A stretch of 64,000 bases of DNA, taken from contig OZ374563.1 in assembly GCA_977862235.1 (NCBI GenBank), positions 124,001 through 188,000 on the forward strand, in the 5' to 3' direction. The notes under the pieces were generated by a model, which was not told where the DNA came from, made no database searches, and worked only from the letters and a program-made list of their open reading frames with translations. Source of the DNA: Dudresnaya verticillata. Its lineage: Eukaryota. The translations under genes and the position numbers were made by a program. Shown here piece by piece: positions 23,798 through 34,875 of this stretch. The stretch's first letter is position 1; every line of letters begins with the position of its first letter.

Positions 23798-25077
23798 CGC
23801 TTCCGCACTCGAGTTGCGCGGCACACGAGGCTCACCACACGAACGGCCCCAGCGCCCCACTACGTTCTTGCATCACGAGCTGATCACGAAAGTGCTCATT
23901 TCGATTGCCCCGGAGCATACGTTTGCATGATACCGCAGCTGCGCAATTTCGATGGCACGCCAACGCAGCCCTCGGCGGCGCCGCAGTCTTTCCCGCAACA
24001 TTCACGAAGTCGCCTTCGACACAGCACGCTTCGTGATCTCCGTCTTCGCTTAGCTCGACCTGCACCGGATTGCGTTCGTCGCGCCACTACTCGGCCGCAA
24101 CCCGCACGACACCGAGGTCCTCGGAGACGACACGCCACCGCATCAACGATACGCGATCACGAAGCCCTTGTCCCCACGAAGTTGCGCTCCACGCTGTTGG
24201 GCGGTGTTGACCACCCCCTCCCCACCTCAACACCCCTCGTGAAATCCGCACAGGCGCAACGCGCGCACCGCGCACCCGGTTGCACCGCGGCACTCGCATT
24301 ACAGAGGCTGAGACCGCGACGGACGGACACAGTGCCCTATCCGTAACTTGTCATACGCGCCTGACGTCATACTTCGAGGCCGATGCCACCCGCAACGCGC
24401 ACTTCGCATTCGCAACCCGGGCCTCACGCCGACTTCGCCTGATCGCTTGCCTCGGAGCAGCGCAGATGCCGACTCGACCCCGTTACGACGCCCTTTCGAC
24501 AAGACCATGGAGTCCTTGGTTGTCGCCAACCGCCGTCCTCACGCATGGCCTCGGAGCCCCGTTACGCATACGTTCCGCCCGCACCGATGCGCACATGCGC
24601 CCACTCGAGCAACGCGCCCACGACAGCCCCGGAGCACACACGACTTGTTCGACACGCTAACCGCAACCCACCCCCCCAAGCACGTCGGCGCGGACGCCTT
24701 CGTCTTGAGGAGGGGGCCGTGCACGCATACTTCACGAAGTCTCGATGACTCAACTCCGCGAAGGAAACACGCATCCCGTAGACCACGGAGTCGAGAAAAA
24801 CGAAGCCGCGCCACGAACAAGTTCCCGATTCGCACACTTGAGCACGAAGCTCGTTTAAGAGAAGCTACGAAGTTAAAAGCTACGATGCTAACAACTACGT
24901 GACTATCACTACGAGGCAAAGAAGAGTCGGGCAAGAAAAATGTTTACTCGAGACGATACCACGAGACCGAGACCCCCCCACCGTGAGCTCCGAGAACAAG
25001 GAGCCCGATACCGAAAACGAGAAACCACGCAGCTACGAAGCTAAAAGAGAAAGCCTCGGTGCTAATACTACGTACGG

Positions 25078-26985
25078 TTACGAGCGACCATACAGGTTTG
25101 CGGAGTCGTAAGGCGGATTATCACGAGGATCGTTTCCGTTCTCGTCTCGAGTCACGCGAAGAAAGTTCGGCGCATACGGATCCGATGTCTGCGATTGTCC
25201 GCGGTGACCATCGTAACCGTCGCCACCGCTGGGTCCGAAGCCCGAAGGGCCTCCGGAGCCAGACCCGTAACGCGGAGCATCGTAACTCGGGTAACCGTAA
25301 TCTTCGCGGCGACGCTTACCGCTCAACTCGAGGTCGCGAATACGATGACGAAGGTCCGCTATCTCCGCATCCCGATCACGAAGCTGCCTACAAAGGCGAC
25401 TCACCTCCGTAACCGCGCGAAGGAAACTTCCGCCGAGATCGTCCAGCAGTTGTCGAAGAGTCCCATCGGGGGAGATGCCCGCTTCGCGACACGCATCGCT
25501 CACGGAGTCGAGACTGCGAATATCCGTAGAGCGCATCTCGAGTCTCGCGATCGAAGACCCCGAAGCACTCGGCACCAACGCGACAGCCCCGGTGCCAAGA
25601 GATGACCCCGGAGTCAGCGACGACGAAGGAACCGGAGTTACAGAACGAGGTACGCGCGGCAACGGCCCAACCTCACCTCCGATGGCACGAACCGCGGCAC
25701 TCGGATGCGAAAACGGATCAACTCGCGGACCGCGCCCTCCTCGTGACGGACGGTTGTGGCGCCAATCGAACCAGGCCCCGGAGCCCACGTCGTGTCCGAC
25801 CAGTTGGGACCACTGTCCCGTCGGAAAATCGCGACACGTCGACTGGAGCTCCCTCCGATCTGCAGCCTCGATGTCAATCGTGAGTATCTTCGTGAACGGC
25901 ATCGCGCTATCCGAGCCCCGGAGCGAAAGATCCGGATACCCGCCATCTTCGGAGAACGACTTCGACCAACGATCACGAACGAAACTACGCAACGAAGCAT
26001 TGAGCACCCATACGTATTGACGCTGCGTGACATCTGAAATCAACACGCGACCAAGCTCGAAGCGATATTCGGAATCCCGGAAACGCACGAAGCACTTCTT
26101 CGAAGGTTCCGCGAACAGGTCGACCACGAGCCCGAAATAACGAATCACCCTCGGAGGTGGCACGACTAAGCCCGCGGGGGCCCGAATACACGAAGCATCG
26201 AGCCAGAACGAACTCACAAACATGCTCAGAGGCACGCGGTCATCGAGACGCGAATTCGTATCCACGCGATCAGGCATCGAGCCCGCGCCACGGAATAGCG
26301 CCCAGTCTCCGGCACCGATGTGCACTCCGAGGATGCGCGAAATCGAGTCTACGTGACGCCATACGTTTCCCGCGGCGGACTCGAACTCCGGATAATCACG
26401 AAAGCGAGTAATCGACACCACCGGAGAGTCCACGGAGATACCCGCACCCGGTTCCAGGAGCACGTGCGCGCACGCATCTACGTAAGCAACCTCGTCAACC
26501 GTGGTCACGTAGGAGACGTCGCACGGAAGACCCATCGGAGTCGGATACACGGGGCCACGGGGCCAGAATACGTGAAATACGCCAGCTCCGTTATCGTCAC
26601 GACCCTCGCACAGTGCACGAAAACGAGCGAGATCCGGACGAACACGGCCATCGTAGGCAGCAACCTCTTCGTGAGTAACTCCGGAGACCGCGAGCTCGTC
26701 CCACGCGAAGTGCAGCTGCGCAGACGGAAGCCTCGGAGCACTCTCATCCTTAGTCCCGAATTTCGGAGGACCCAACGAAGCACTCGGCTGCCAACCCCGA
26801 TTCACGAATTGCGGATTCGAGCCGCCCGAACTTACGAAAGGGCTACCGCGATCCGTGATCCCTGCTGACTCCGAGGCCCCGATATCCACAACGTGTGGAA
26901 TCGCGAGAGTCCGCGGTACGTATTCGGAGTCACCACCCGAAGGGCCCGCAACATCCGAAGAAGGACCCGAAGGCTTCGGAGCCAA
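25078..26985 (-). CDS. Antisense accessory ORF of element A (at least 635 aa, unknown function, C-terminal coiled coil)
   Basis: Long uninterrupted ORF between pol and the 3' LTR, homologous to ORFs in B, C and D. The annotated start is TTG. The probable true ATG is at 27089 (MSDTGHEEG), with a frameshift near 27050. Confidence 0.8.
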   Translation of the reverse strand: MAPKPSGPSSDVAGPSGGDSEYVPRTLAIPHVVDIGASESAGITDRGSPFVSSGGSNPQFVNRGWQPSASLGPPKFGTKDESAPRLPSAQLHFAWDELAVSGVTHEEVAAYDGRVRPDLARFRALCEGRDDNGAGVFHVFWPRGPVYPTPMGLPCDVSYVTTVDEVAYVDACAHVLLEPGAGISVDSPVVSITRFRDYPEFESAAGNVWRHVDSISRILGVHIGAGDWALFRGAGSMPDRVDTNSRLDDRVPLSMFVSSFWLDASCIRAPAGLVVPPPRVIRYFGLVVDLFAEPSKKCFVRFRDSEYRFELGRVLISDVTQRQYVWVLNASLRSFVRDRWSKSFSEDGGYPDLSLRGSDSAMPFTKILTIDIEAADRRELQSTCRDFPTGQWSQLVGHDVGSGAWFDWRHNRPSRGGRGPRVDPFSHPSAAVRAIGGEVGPLPRVPRSVTPVPSSSLTPGSSLGTGAVALVPSASGSSIARLEMRSTDIRSLDSVSDACREAGISPDGTLRQLLDDLGGSFLRAVTEVSRLCRQLRDRDAEIADLRHRIRDLELSGKRRREDYGYPSYDAPRYGSGSGGPSGFGPSGGDGYDGHRGQSQTSDPYAPNFLRVTRDENGNDPRDNPPYDSANLYGRS

Positions 26986-27734
26986 CTGACCCGCCGTAGC
27001 AGCCGCGAGCTCGCCATCGAGGCGGCGACGAACGCCCTCCGCACGTTTCCCTGGGACCCGGTTCCCTCTTCGTGACCCGTGTCCGACATCGTTACTCGAA
27101 GCTCGTCACGAAAAACACAGCAACCCACGGAGGAACGAACGCGAATCTCGACGAGGCCCTCACGAACTCCACGAAGGACCAGCCGCACTTGCCCCAACAC
27201 CGAGACCCACGACCCGCAACCGGCTATCGCAAACCACCGAGGCCAACGAAGCAACAACACGAACGCCACAGAGCGGAGTGAACGATGCGCGAAGAGACGC
27301 GAAAGGACGCACCAGCGCACACGAAGAAGCAAACGAACCGCGAAGACCGAAAGCCAAGGAGCTGAAGCGAGTTGTGCGTGTGCGCGATGACCGGAGAAGC
27401 AAGGGGCTCGGACCCAGCGCAACACGAAGTTGAAATAACCCACGCGGCTCGTGACCCGTCTCCGTGATCCGCGCGCGCACGCGTCGACGGACGGCGCCGC
27501 AGCCCTAACCCATTCTACGTACGCGAAAATATCTTCGTGATTAGCCAATACGAAGGCGCCATCGCACATGTGATCCGAATTCAAATTCGTAAGCCCCGAG
27601 GCACCGTTGCCCGACATCGTGAGCTCGAAGCAATCTACGCGCCGCCACTCGGATGGCTCCACCCGCGCTCCACCGAGGGAAACCGGGCCACGCAATTTCG
27701 TAATTCGTAGCCCGCGACCGGGACGTTCGCTCTT

Positions 27735-27744
27735 GAGGGGGGGG
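27735..27744 (+). promoter_or_regulatory. Polypurine tract of element A
   Basis: GAGGGGGGGG, 3 nt before the 3' LTR. Confidence 0.9.
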
Positions 27745-27747
27745 CCG

Positions 27748-28595
27748 TGTGGTATAGACGCTATTCGTGAAATGACTCCGTGATCTACGCGAAAATAACC
27801 GAGAAATACGAATTTCGAAGTGACTTCGTGAATGCGCACGCCACGATGGCACACGTATTACAGAGCGCATACTGTTAGCGCGCCACGATGGCATACGTAT
27901 TACAGCACGCGCGTGATACGAAATCGCTGACACCTCCGGATGAATCCCGATCCGACTTCGTGATCGCGCGCGCCACGATGGCATTCGCATTACAGTGCGC
28001 ACCCGATACGAAATCGCTGACACCTTCGTGACTTTCCCGTTGTTTCCCGCGCGTAACGGCACCGCGGCCCACGAGACACGCGCACCTCCGTATGCATCGC
28101 TGGCGCACTTCGCAACCGCCACCATACGTGAGGCGACCGTTCGTTGGCACCGAGGCCGTTACGAATCATTCGAGTACGAAACCGTCTCCCGCGTTGACGC
28201 GCATTCGTGCTCCCGTAGTGCTACTTAGTAGCCAGTCGTCTGGCACAACCTCCGAGGGCTCCCGGAGAAGCGACTAGCGCCCGGACCTCGGAGTCTTCGG
28301 TAAACGCCTGTTTCTTCGAGTTCGGTGTCTTCGTCTTCGTGACCACGGATACGGTCGAGCCTCGCTTTCGATAGCCCCGCGCACCCGGAGTCATCCCCGG
28401 TGATCGATCGCTCGAGTTCTCGCTTCCGCACACGAATACGTTGACACCGTGGTCCTTCGTGTTGGTCGCTCCGCTCTACCACGCTACCACCCCTTTTCGT
28501 TTCTCCGTTAGGCTACGAGGCCATTCGTTAGGCTCCGAGGCCATTCCTTACAGTGCGAGACTTCCCCGCGTCATCGTGGACTTCGTTATACCACA
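27748..28595 (+). repeat. Element A 3' LTR
   Basis: Direct repeat of 15821-16668. Confidence 0.97.
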
Positions 28596-29247
28596 GTGTA
28601 GTGAAAACCCACGAACTCCGAGACGGACAGCTGGCCTGACTTTCCTTAACGGACGAGAGCAACACTACCTCCACGGGGTGGTAGAGCAATTCGCACCGAG
28701 ACGGGAGAACAGCGAGCGGCTAGCCGAGACGGATATTGGGAAGCAACAGACAAGGGGGTGGTACAAGTGCCGGGACGGACTCCGTAACGGTGGTGGTGGT
28801 AGACCGCAACGGGCTCGGCGCGGGGAAAACCGTAAAGGATTGGGCTAAGGTTGCTTACCCGTTTACCTTAGGAGCCTCTGCGGTGCCGCCCTGATATACA
28901 AGTCAGGGTGGCACCGAGCGGTCCGGTCCGCGGGGGCCAGACCCTAGTGGTCTGGTCCTATGGTGGAATCGGCCCTGCTGGTCCTAATCTCCGACACGGA
29001 CATGCGCAGCATTCTCATTGGCTGGCGCGCTACTCTACACACTGTACACAGACTCACTAAAAATAAAGAATAAATACTACAAATACTCCGCTTCGGTTGG
29101 TGCGCTCCACTGCTGCACAGCAATGTACGCCAGCACACAACAATGCACCTAAAACCGACACGGGTACACGTGCACACATCCCACAACGGTTCAGGCCACA
29201 CTATATGTATTTCCACCGTTTCGGATGCCGAATCTCACTTCACCACA

Positions 29248-32200
29248 TCAGGACGTCGAGGTCGCGTGCTTCGAAGCTGTTGCGGATTCTTTCGACTGTT
29301 TGACGTAAACGGAACTCCTTACCCTCATGGAGCGTTGTAATAGTGTCGTATAGGCCACGGGAGTCGACATACAAGATGTGCTTGATCTGGCAGACAGGAT
29401 CCAGGGACCGTATGGAGTTGCGGAGGTGGTAGCCGTGGTCGTCGGAGTCCGCACAGGCAAGAATTTCTGCACCGTAAGATGAGTAGCTGACGCGTTTTTG
29501 TTTGTGGCTCGTCCAATCTATGACGTGGAATATCTTGTTCTCCGTAGGCGTATCAATGCACACACCTGTCACCATGCCTGTCTGTCCGTACTGCTGTGCT
29601 TTGCTAATGTTGAATGAAGCGTCCGAAAATGTGTAAACGTGTACCGAAGTGATGCTGTCGGATGGGCAGGGGTACGTGATCATGGACTTGAGTTGCATAA
29701 GCTCCTTTAGCATTGTGTTGGCCTCTTTTAGACGGCATACCTTGAGGCAGCCGAGCTTTTGTTGCATGGCGGACGCAACGTGAGATGCTTGAGGTAAAAA
29801 ACCGCTGCCAAGCCAGAGGATAGCGCCGGCTAGGCCCTGATACAATGAAGTTTCTGTTGGAGTTGCCATAGAGCTTTCCTCCTTTCGCCGTGCTCTTGAG
29901 AGTGGAAGATGGTGGATCTCGTCTGCGAACGCTTGCATGCTCATAGTAATTGATCCAGCGATTGTTTGCAAGATGGAGCACCCGTTGAAGTAAAGTGGGC
30001 GATTGACGACGGCTTTGCTGATGCGAAATCTGGATTGTAACTGGCTGTTGAAGGCGGCGATGGAGTCGAGTGATCCGGATAGGAGTAGGTCATCTGTTAC
30101 TTTGGCTATGAGTAGAATTGTTCTGCCCTTGGCGTCCCTTTTACGGTAGAGCTGACTGATTCCGAATATGCGTTCTAGGCCGGCTTCGTTTAGGAGCCAT
30201 TCTTCAAATGTCTTCTGCCATTGACGACCTGCTTCGACTATTCCATAAGGGAGTTTAGTGAGTTTCCACAGCTTGCGTCGACTGCCTGACCATTCTCGCG
30301 GTGGCCGAACTTAGATGTCTCTCTTGATGGGTCCACTTTGTAAGTAGGCGCCTTTAACATCAGCGTGGCCTAGGCGGAACCCAAGGAAGGTTGTTAAGCA
30401 GAGCAGGAGCCTTATAACGGCAAACTGCGCTGTCGATGAGTCCTTTCGAACGTTGTCTTTCTCGAAGTCCCTATTGCCATGGGGGACGATCCGCGCTTGC
30501 ATGGAGCGGAGCCCATCCTCGTCTTTTCTGACCTTGTATATTACGTGCGATGTTATGGTATTGGCGACGGGTGGTACTGTATTTTCGTCGTGTTCTTCGT
30601 ATGCAGTGGACCAGTTGGAGTCATGTTCGATGTTGAATGCTTCGTCGAGTATCCAGGGTGGCGCGAATTCGAGCTTGCCCCGTGTTACCTGGGCATTGCC
30701 AATTCTATCGTGTATGTACTTGAGGACGTGCTGGTGGTTTGAGGTCAGGTCACCTTCGGCGGGTTTGCTATCTTGGATTGTGACTGTACCAATATCTTGC
30801 GTAGGGTCACCGAGGCATTTCGTGGCGAGGAGGCTTGGGTTGTGCGGTATGTGCATGCGGATCCGAAGTGGGGTGGCTGTAGCTGGGGTTGGTATTGCGG
30901 CTAGCGGCGGCTGAGAGTCTGGAACTAAGGTGGGTTCCGCTGTAAATCGGACTGTGCGTCGCCGACTATGCTGAACTTCGTCTGATGATGGTGTTTCGTT
31001 GTGCGCTGAGCTGTTATCGCCTAGTGTGGGGCTTGGCTGATCCGTTCGGTCTTCGTTTCGGAGTTCTTCTTCGAGGGAACATCGCATTAGTTCTTCCGTA
31101 AGTTGCCCGGTTGGCGCGAGCCGAGGATCTTCGTATGCGATTGACATAGCCGGGACGCGCTGTGATCGTCGACAAAGGACCCGGTAGCGCTGCGCATCGA
31201 CGACTTTAGCCCGAATCCACTGCGTTGGGATGCTGTTGTTGCTACTATCGTGGTAGATGAAGACGGCGGTGCCAGGCTTCAGTAAACGGGATGGTACTGT
31301 GTTAGTGTCACGAGATTTTAGGAGTTTCTGGATAGCACGAAGCGCGACTTGTTCGCAGTGCGCATCGAGCAAGTCTGGGGTCACGATTGTAGGTGGCAGT
31401 CCCAGGATGGATGGAGAGTACCACCGTGCGAGCTGGAAGGAACTGAGTATGTGCGAGCCGGAGAATATGTTGGTAAGGAACGATGCCCGCGAGATGAGCT
31501 GAGTCGGAGCGGCAGTCGTGTTTTCCTTGCCAAGGCGGGCTAACACAGTCTTGAAAACGGCGTTGTTCCTTTCTACGATACATGTCTTATTGTGACGACG
31601 TGCTGGTCTTGGGTGAAATTGTATCTTGTGATGTGCGAGGGTTTGTTTGAGACTAGTGACGTGGAATTCCGGGTCGGAACTGAAGGCGGTTGGTGCTCCG
31701 TGCTTGGTGATCCAGTGTTGGTCGATCAGCTTAGCCATGATATCGGCGGATCTTGAAGGGGCCACGACTCTCTCACCGTATTTAGTACCTGTGTCAACGA
31801 TGTTGAGAATGACGTACTTTGTCGATTGGATTACTGCCCATAGAAAGTCTGCTTGGATCTCGTAGTTGAATTCCTTGTTGACGTGTGAGAGTGAAATCTT
31901 TTTCGAGTGACGAGGGCGGCCCTCTGAGCAACAGATTTCGCAGGCGGCGTGTATCTTATCGAATGCTAGTGCGAGTTCTTTTGTCAGCTTGCCGGCGGAT
32001 TTGTATAAATCTTTCATCTCTGTGGCTGTGGCGTGTGTATAGCGGTGAATTTTCTTTGCAAGTGAGATGGCTGGACGGTGGTGGATGGTGGCCATGAGAG
32101 TGAGTATTGATGAGTTGCGTTGGGGGATAATCTAGAGGCGGAGTCGTTGCTCGTTGTTGGATTGGGTGATGTATGTGCTGAACCTGCGGACACTACTGTC

Positions 32201-32530
32201 TGAGGGGCGATTGATCTCGACGAAGCTTGGATTCGAGAGATTGATAGTATTCGAGAATTTCTTGACGTCTAGTCCGAGGATGAGGGGAGACTCGCCGTTG
32301 ACGAGGTCGAAGGTTAATGAAGTCGGTTTGCCTGTATTATCGTGTATAGTTAGTGTCCAGGAGCATTCGATCATCTTTGCGTCGAGGCAGTTTTGACCCC
32401 ACCCATGTAGGTACAGGTCTCTTGGTTCACTGAGTGTTAGAGGGATGCCGAGGATGTCGCATAGCTTGGCAGCGTTGGAGGTCCCTCCGGTGGAGGTAGG
32501 AGCTCCTTCATCGAGGATGGGGTTAGGGTC
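29248..32530 (-). pseudogene. pol: Copia Pol (PR-IN-RT-RNaseH) with stops/frameshifts
   Basis: ILDEGAP protease (about 32500-32520). KIHRYTH...CEIC, QADF, SSDPEF and IVERNN integrase motifs. ARIVPHG, DVKGAYLQ, KLPYG and KVTDDLL RT motifs. FSDASF, GAEILA and VDSRGL RNase H motifs. Confidence 0.92.
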
Positions 32531-33012
32531 CGAGAGGAGCTGGTCGGACCCTACCGACGAAAAAACGAGGACTTCTCTTTCTAGGGCGTGTCAGCAGGGG
32601 CTTCTGTGTCGGAATCGTCGTCGTGTTGGATCTTGTCGGAGCGCGGGGTTGTCGGTCGTCTGCTTTCTTGCGTTTGGGCGTTTTTGAATTTGTGTTGAAC
32701 ATATTTCTCAAATTTCTTCTTTGCAATAGCACATTCGGGGCGGTCTTGCCACCAGTGGCCCATTTTGTGGCAGGAACGGCATTTGGTGGTGGCTTTGAGG
32801 CCTGCACCGACTGGTATATGGCGCTTGGCGGGGCTATGGGCGTCATTATTGTGTTGGTATGTCCGTTTGCCAAGCAAGGATCCCTGTGTATCCAGACCAG
32901 TGCGCGTAATGCTGATGTTGATCTCGCTTACTGCGCGAGTGGCTGCGTCGAGTGTAAGATTGGGGATACGTTTCTATTCCTTTGTCTTGGCAGAGTCGTT
33001 CTTGTTCATCTG

Positions 33013-33687
33013 TGTTGTGAAGTGAAAGGCACACCTATAAGGAGAGCTGATCAGGCAATCCCAATAAGGAGTGATCTCACACGGCATCGGGGTGGTAGAG
33101 CTTAGTTCGTAGACCGAAGGGAGTACCTCGAGCGGCAACACCTGTAAGGAGTAAAGGGACGCAACAGACAAGGGGGACGGTACAGTGCCAAGACAGCTAC
33201 ACCGGGACGGAGGTAAGAGGAATCCGTGCACGGGGCTGGCGAGGGGAAACCGTAAAGGAGTATGAGGGTAAGGCTTAGGGTAAGTCACTTTGCCCAGGGT
33301 TGCGTACCCGTTTACTGTAGGACTCGCGGTGGCCACCCATTAATATACTGGGAGATACGCCCCGCGGTCCGGTCCGTGTGGGCCAGACCCCAATGGGTCT
33401 GGTCCACCAGGTGGGTCCGGCCCTACTGGTCCCGGTCACCGTTGCGGACATGCTCGGCATTCTCATTGGCCGGCTGACACTACGTACTGTACAGCATGAT
33501 TATAATTACCTAATCACAAATAAATAAACTACTTGGCTCCTATTGGTGGTGCGCGCAGACTCCAGCAGGGCATACAGTGCTACTGTGTCACTGCACTCCG
33601 CTTCGGCTTTTGGCGCCAGCTCACCGGTGCGTCGGCCGCGGGTCGGCTCAACCGTCGTCCGCACTCCGAAACAGCCGCTTCACCACA
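33013..33687 (-). mobile_element. Gypsy family B solo LTR
   Basis: TSD ATCTG (33008-33012, 33688-33692). Same element as 151-825. Confidence 0.95.
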
Positions 33688-34414
33688 ATCTGCAGTAGTG
33701 TGCTGGATATCGAATTGAGAGTGGTCTGGACGGAAGCTACGTTGGGAGTATCATTTTTAAGTGTGGAGGCGGCTTCGGATGAGGCTTGAATGGCTTTCGA
33801 TAGATCGCTTCTGGAGACTGAAACATACTCCAGGATGGGCATATCCGTCTTGACTGTAGCTTCGCTGATAAGTTGAAGGATGATGTGGTTTAGGGTGGCT
33901 TCTGGAAGTTTAGCATTTTCCAGTAGAATCATGGCGAACAACTGGCTATCTTGTTTGGCGTTCCCGGTTTGGCAATTATTGAGGTAAAGACTGGCGAGTC
34001 CTTTGAATCTGCGGGCGTATGCAATTGGTGACTCAGCATCCCCGCGAACACAGTGATGGACGTTTTGCATCATGGAAACAAGTCGCTTTACGCTTTCGGT
34101 TGGGCTGTCTTCTGCAACGATATTCAGTATCGCTTCGATCATATTCGTCTGGTCCGGATCTTCTTCGTCCGTGTCGAGTGATAGGGTGCCCATACTGATT
34201 GCATGATCAAGGAGGTACCTGGAAGACTCGTCTACTGCGAGGTAGAGCGACTCTCCCAGAGCACTGGCAATGGCTTTGGCGTTCTTGCAATCGGCTGCGG
34301 CTTGTTTCTTGACAATTCGGACCCATGTGCGGACTTCATTGCGCCATTTAAACTTGTTGGTAGATGATTTGAAGGGTGGTGGATCAGTTGGCTTCCTCGG
34401 AACAACTGCTATGG

Positions 34415-34427
34415 CTGGACCCATAAC
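34415..34427 (-). promoter_or_regulatory. Copia PBS GTTATGGGTCCAG (half tRNA-iMet type)
   Basis: Abuts the 5' LTR. Confidence 0.8.
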
Positions 34428-34875
34428 TGTCGTTTGCTGGAAATGATCTGACATAGAGCTGTTCAGAAGGGACGAGGAGGTAGGGCTGGGCGGCTAGTCG
34501 ATTCGGCACGGTTGCCGGTCAGGTCCGTTCCTTTTTTCCTCTCGTTTATCAGTCTAGCAATGAGGAGTCTGCTTAAATGCTGTTCTCGTTTTCTCCTCTC
34601 TGGGCTGTAGCGCCCTCTTCGCGGCGATGCACTTCGGCGATGTTTTCATGAGCATTTGTTCGCGAATTGTGCTAGCACTTATTCCGGTTGCACATTTGCC
34701 TTGGTGAAGGGGCGTGAGTATTTGTATTCGTGAGTGTGCGAATTGGCCTGGTGGTTCTCGTGCTCGTCGATTAGCATTGCATTGTCTTGCTTTCGTTTCG
34801 TATTGCATTTCCTCGTAGTGCTCGTGAGCTGGCTTTGCTTTGTATTGCTTTCGATTTGTTGTGCTGGGTTTGACA
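34428..34875 (-). repeat. Copia 5' LTR
   Basis: Matches 15026-15473. Flanked by TSD ACAGT. Confidence 0.95.

Larger units (their letters stand above)
15821..28595 (+). mobile_element. Full-length Ty3/Gypsy chromodomain retrotransposon, family A (12.8 kb), with extra antisense ORF
   Basis: 848-bp LTRs TGTGGTATA...TATACCACA. TSD GTGTA (15816-15820, 28596-28600). PBS and PPT present. Order gag, PR-RT-RH-IN-chromodomain. Confidence 0.97.
15812..29247 (-). mobile_element. Gypsy B-related solo LTR 'B2' (15812-15820 + 28601-29247, about 656 bp), split by element A
   Basis: TSD TCAGG (15807-15811, 29248-29252). Reconstructed termini TGTGGTGTAGTGAAA...CTTCACCACA. Shares blocks with the B LTR (AACCGTAAAGGA, ACCCGTTTAC, GGTCCGGTCCG, CATTCTCATTGGC, ACTCCGCTTCGG). 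Confidence 0.88.
32581..34454 (-). pseudogene. gag: Copia Gag interrupted by solo LTR B
   Basis: N-terminal part 34454-33688. C-terminal part contains the knuckle CRSCHKMGHWWQDRPEC (about 32730-32780). Confidence 0.85.
15026..34875 (-). mobile_element. Full-length Ty1/Copia LTR retrotransposon (degenerate) hosting nested insertions
   Basis: 448-bp LTRs at both ends. TSD ACAGT (15021-15025, 34876-34880). PBS 34415-34427. PPT GAGATGACTGGGGGA next to 15473. Domain order gag-PR-IN-RT-RH. Confidence 0.95.

Noticed and set aside
25078..26985. Extra ORF as an env-like gene
   Set aside because: It is antisense to pol and has no signal peptide or evident transmembrane anchor.
26832..28482. 340-aa and shorter ORFs overlapping element A LTRs (also 15734-16789)
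   Set aside because: GC/CpG-rich LTR and leader sequence gives chance ORFs with non-ATG starts and no domain signal.
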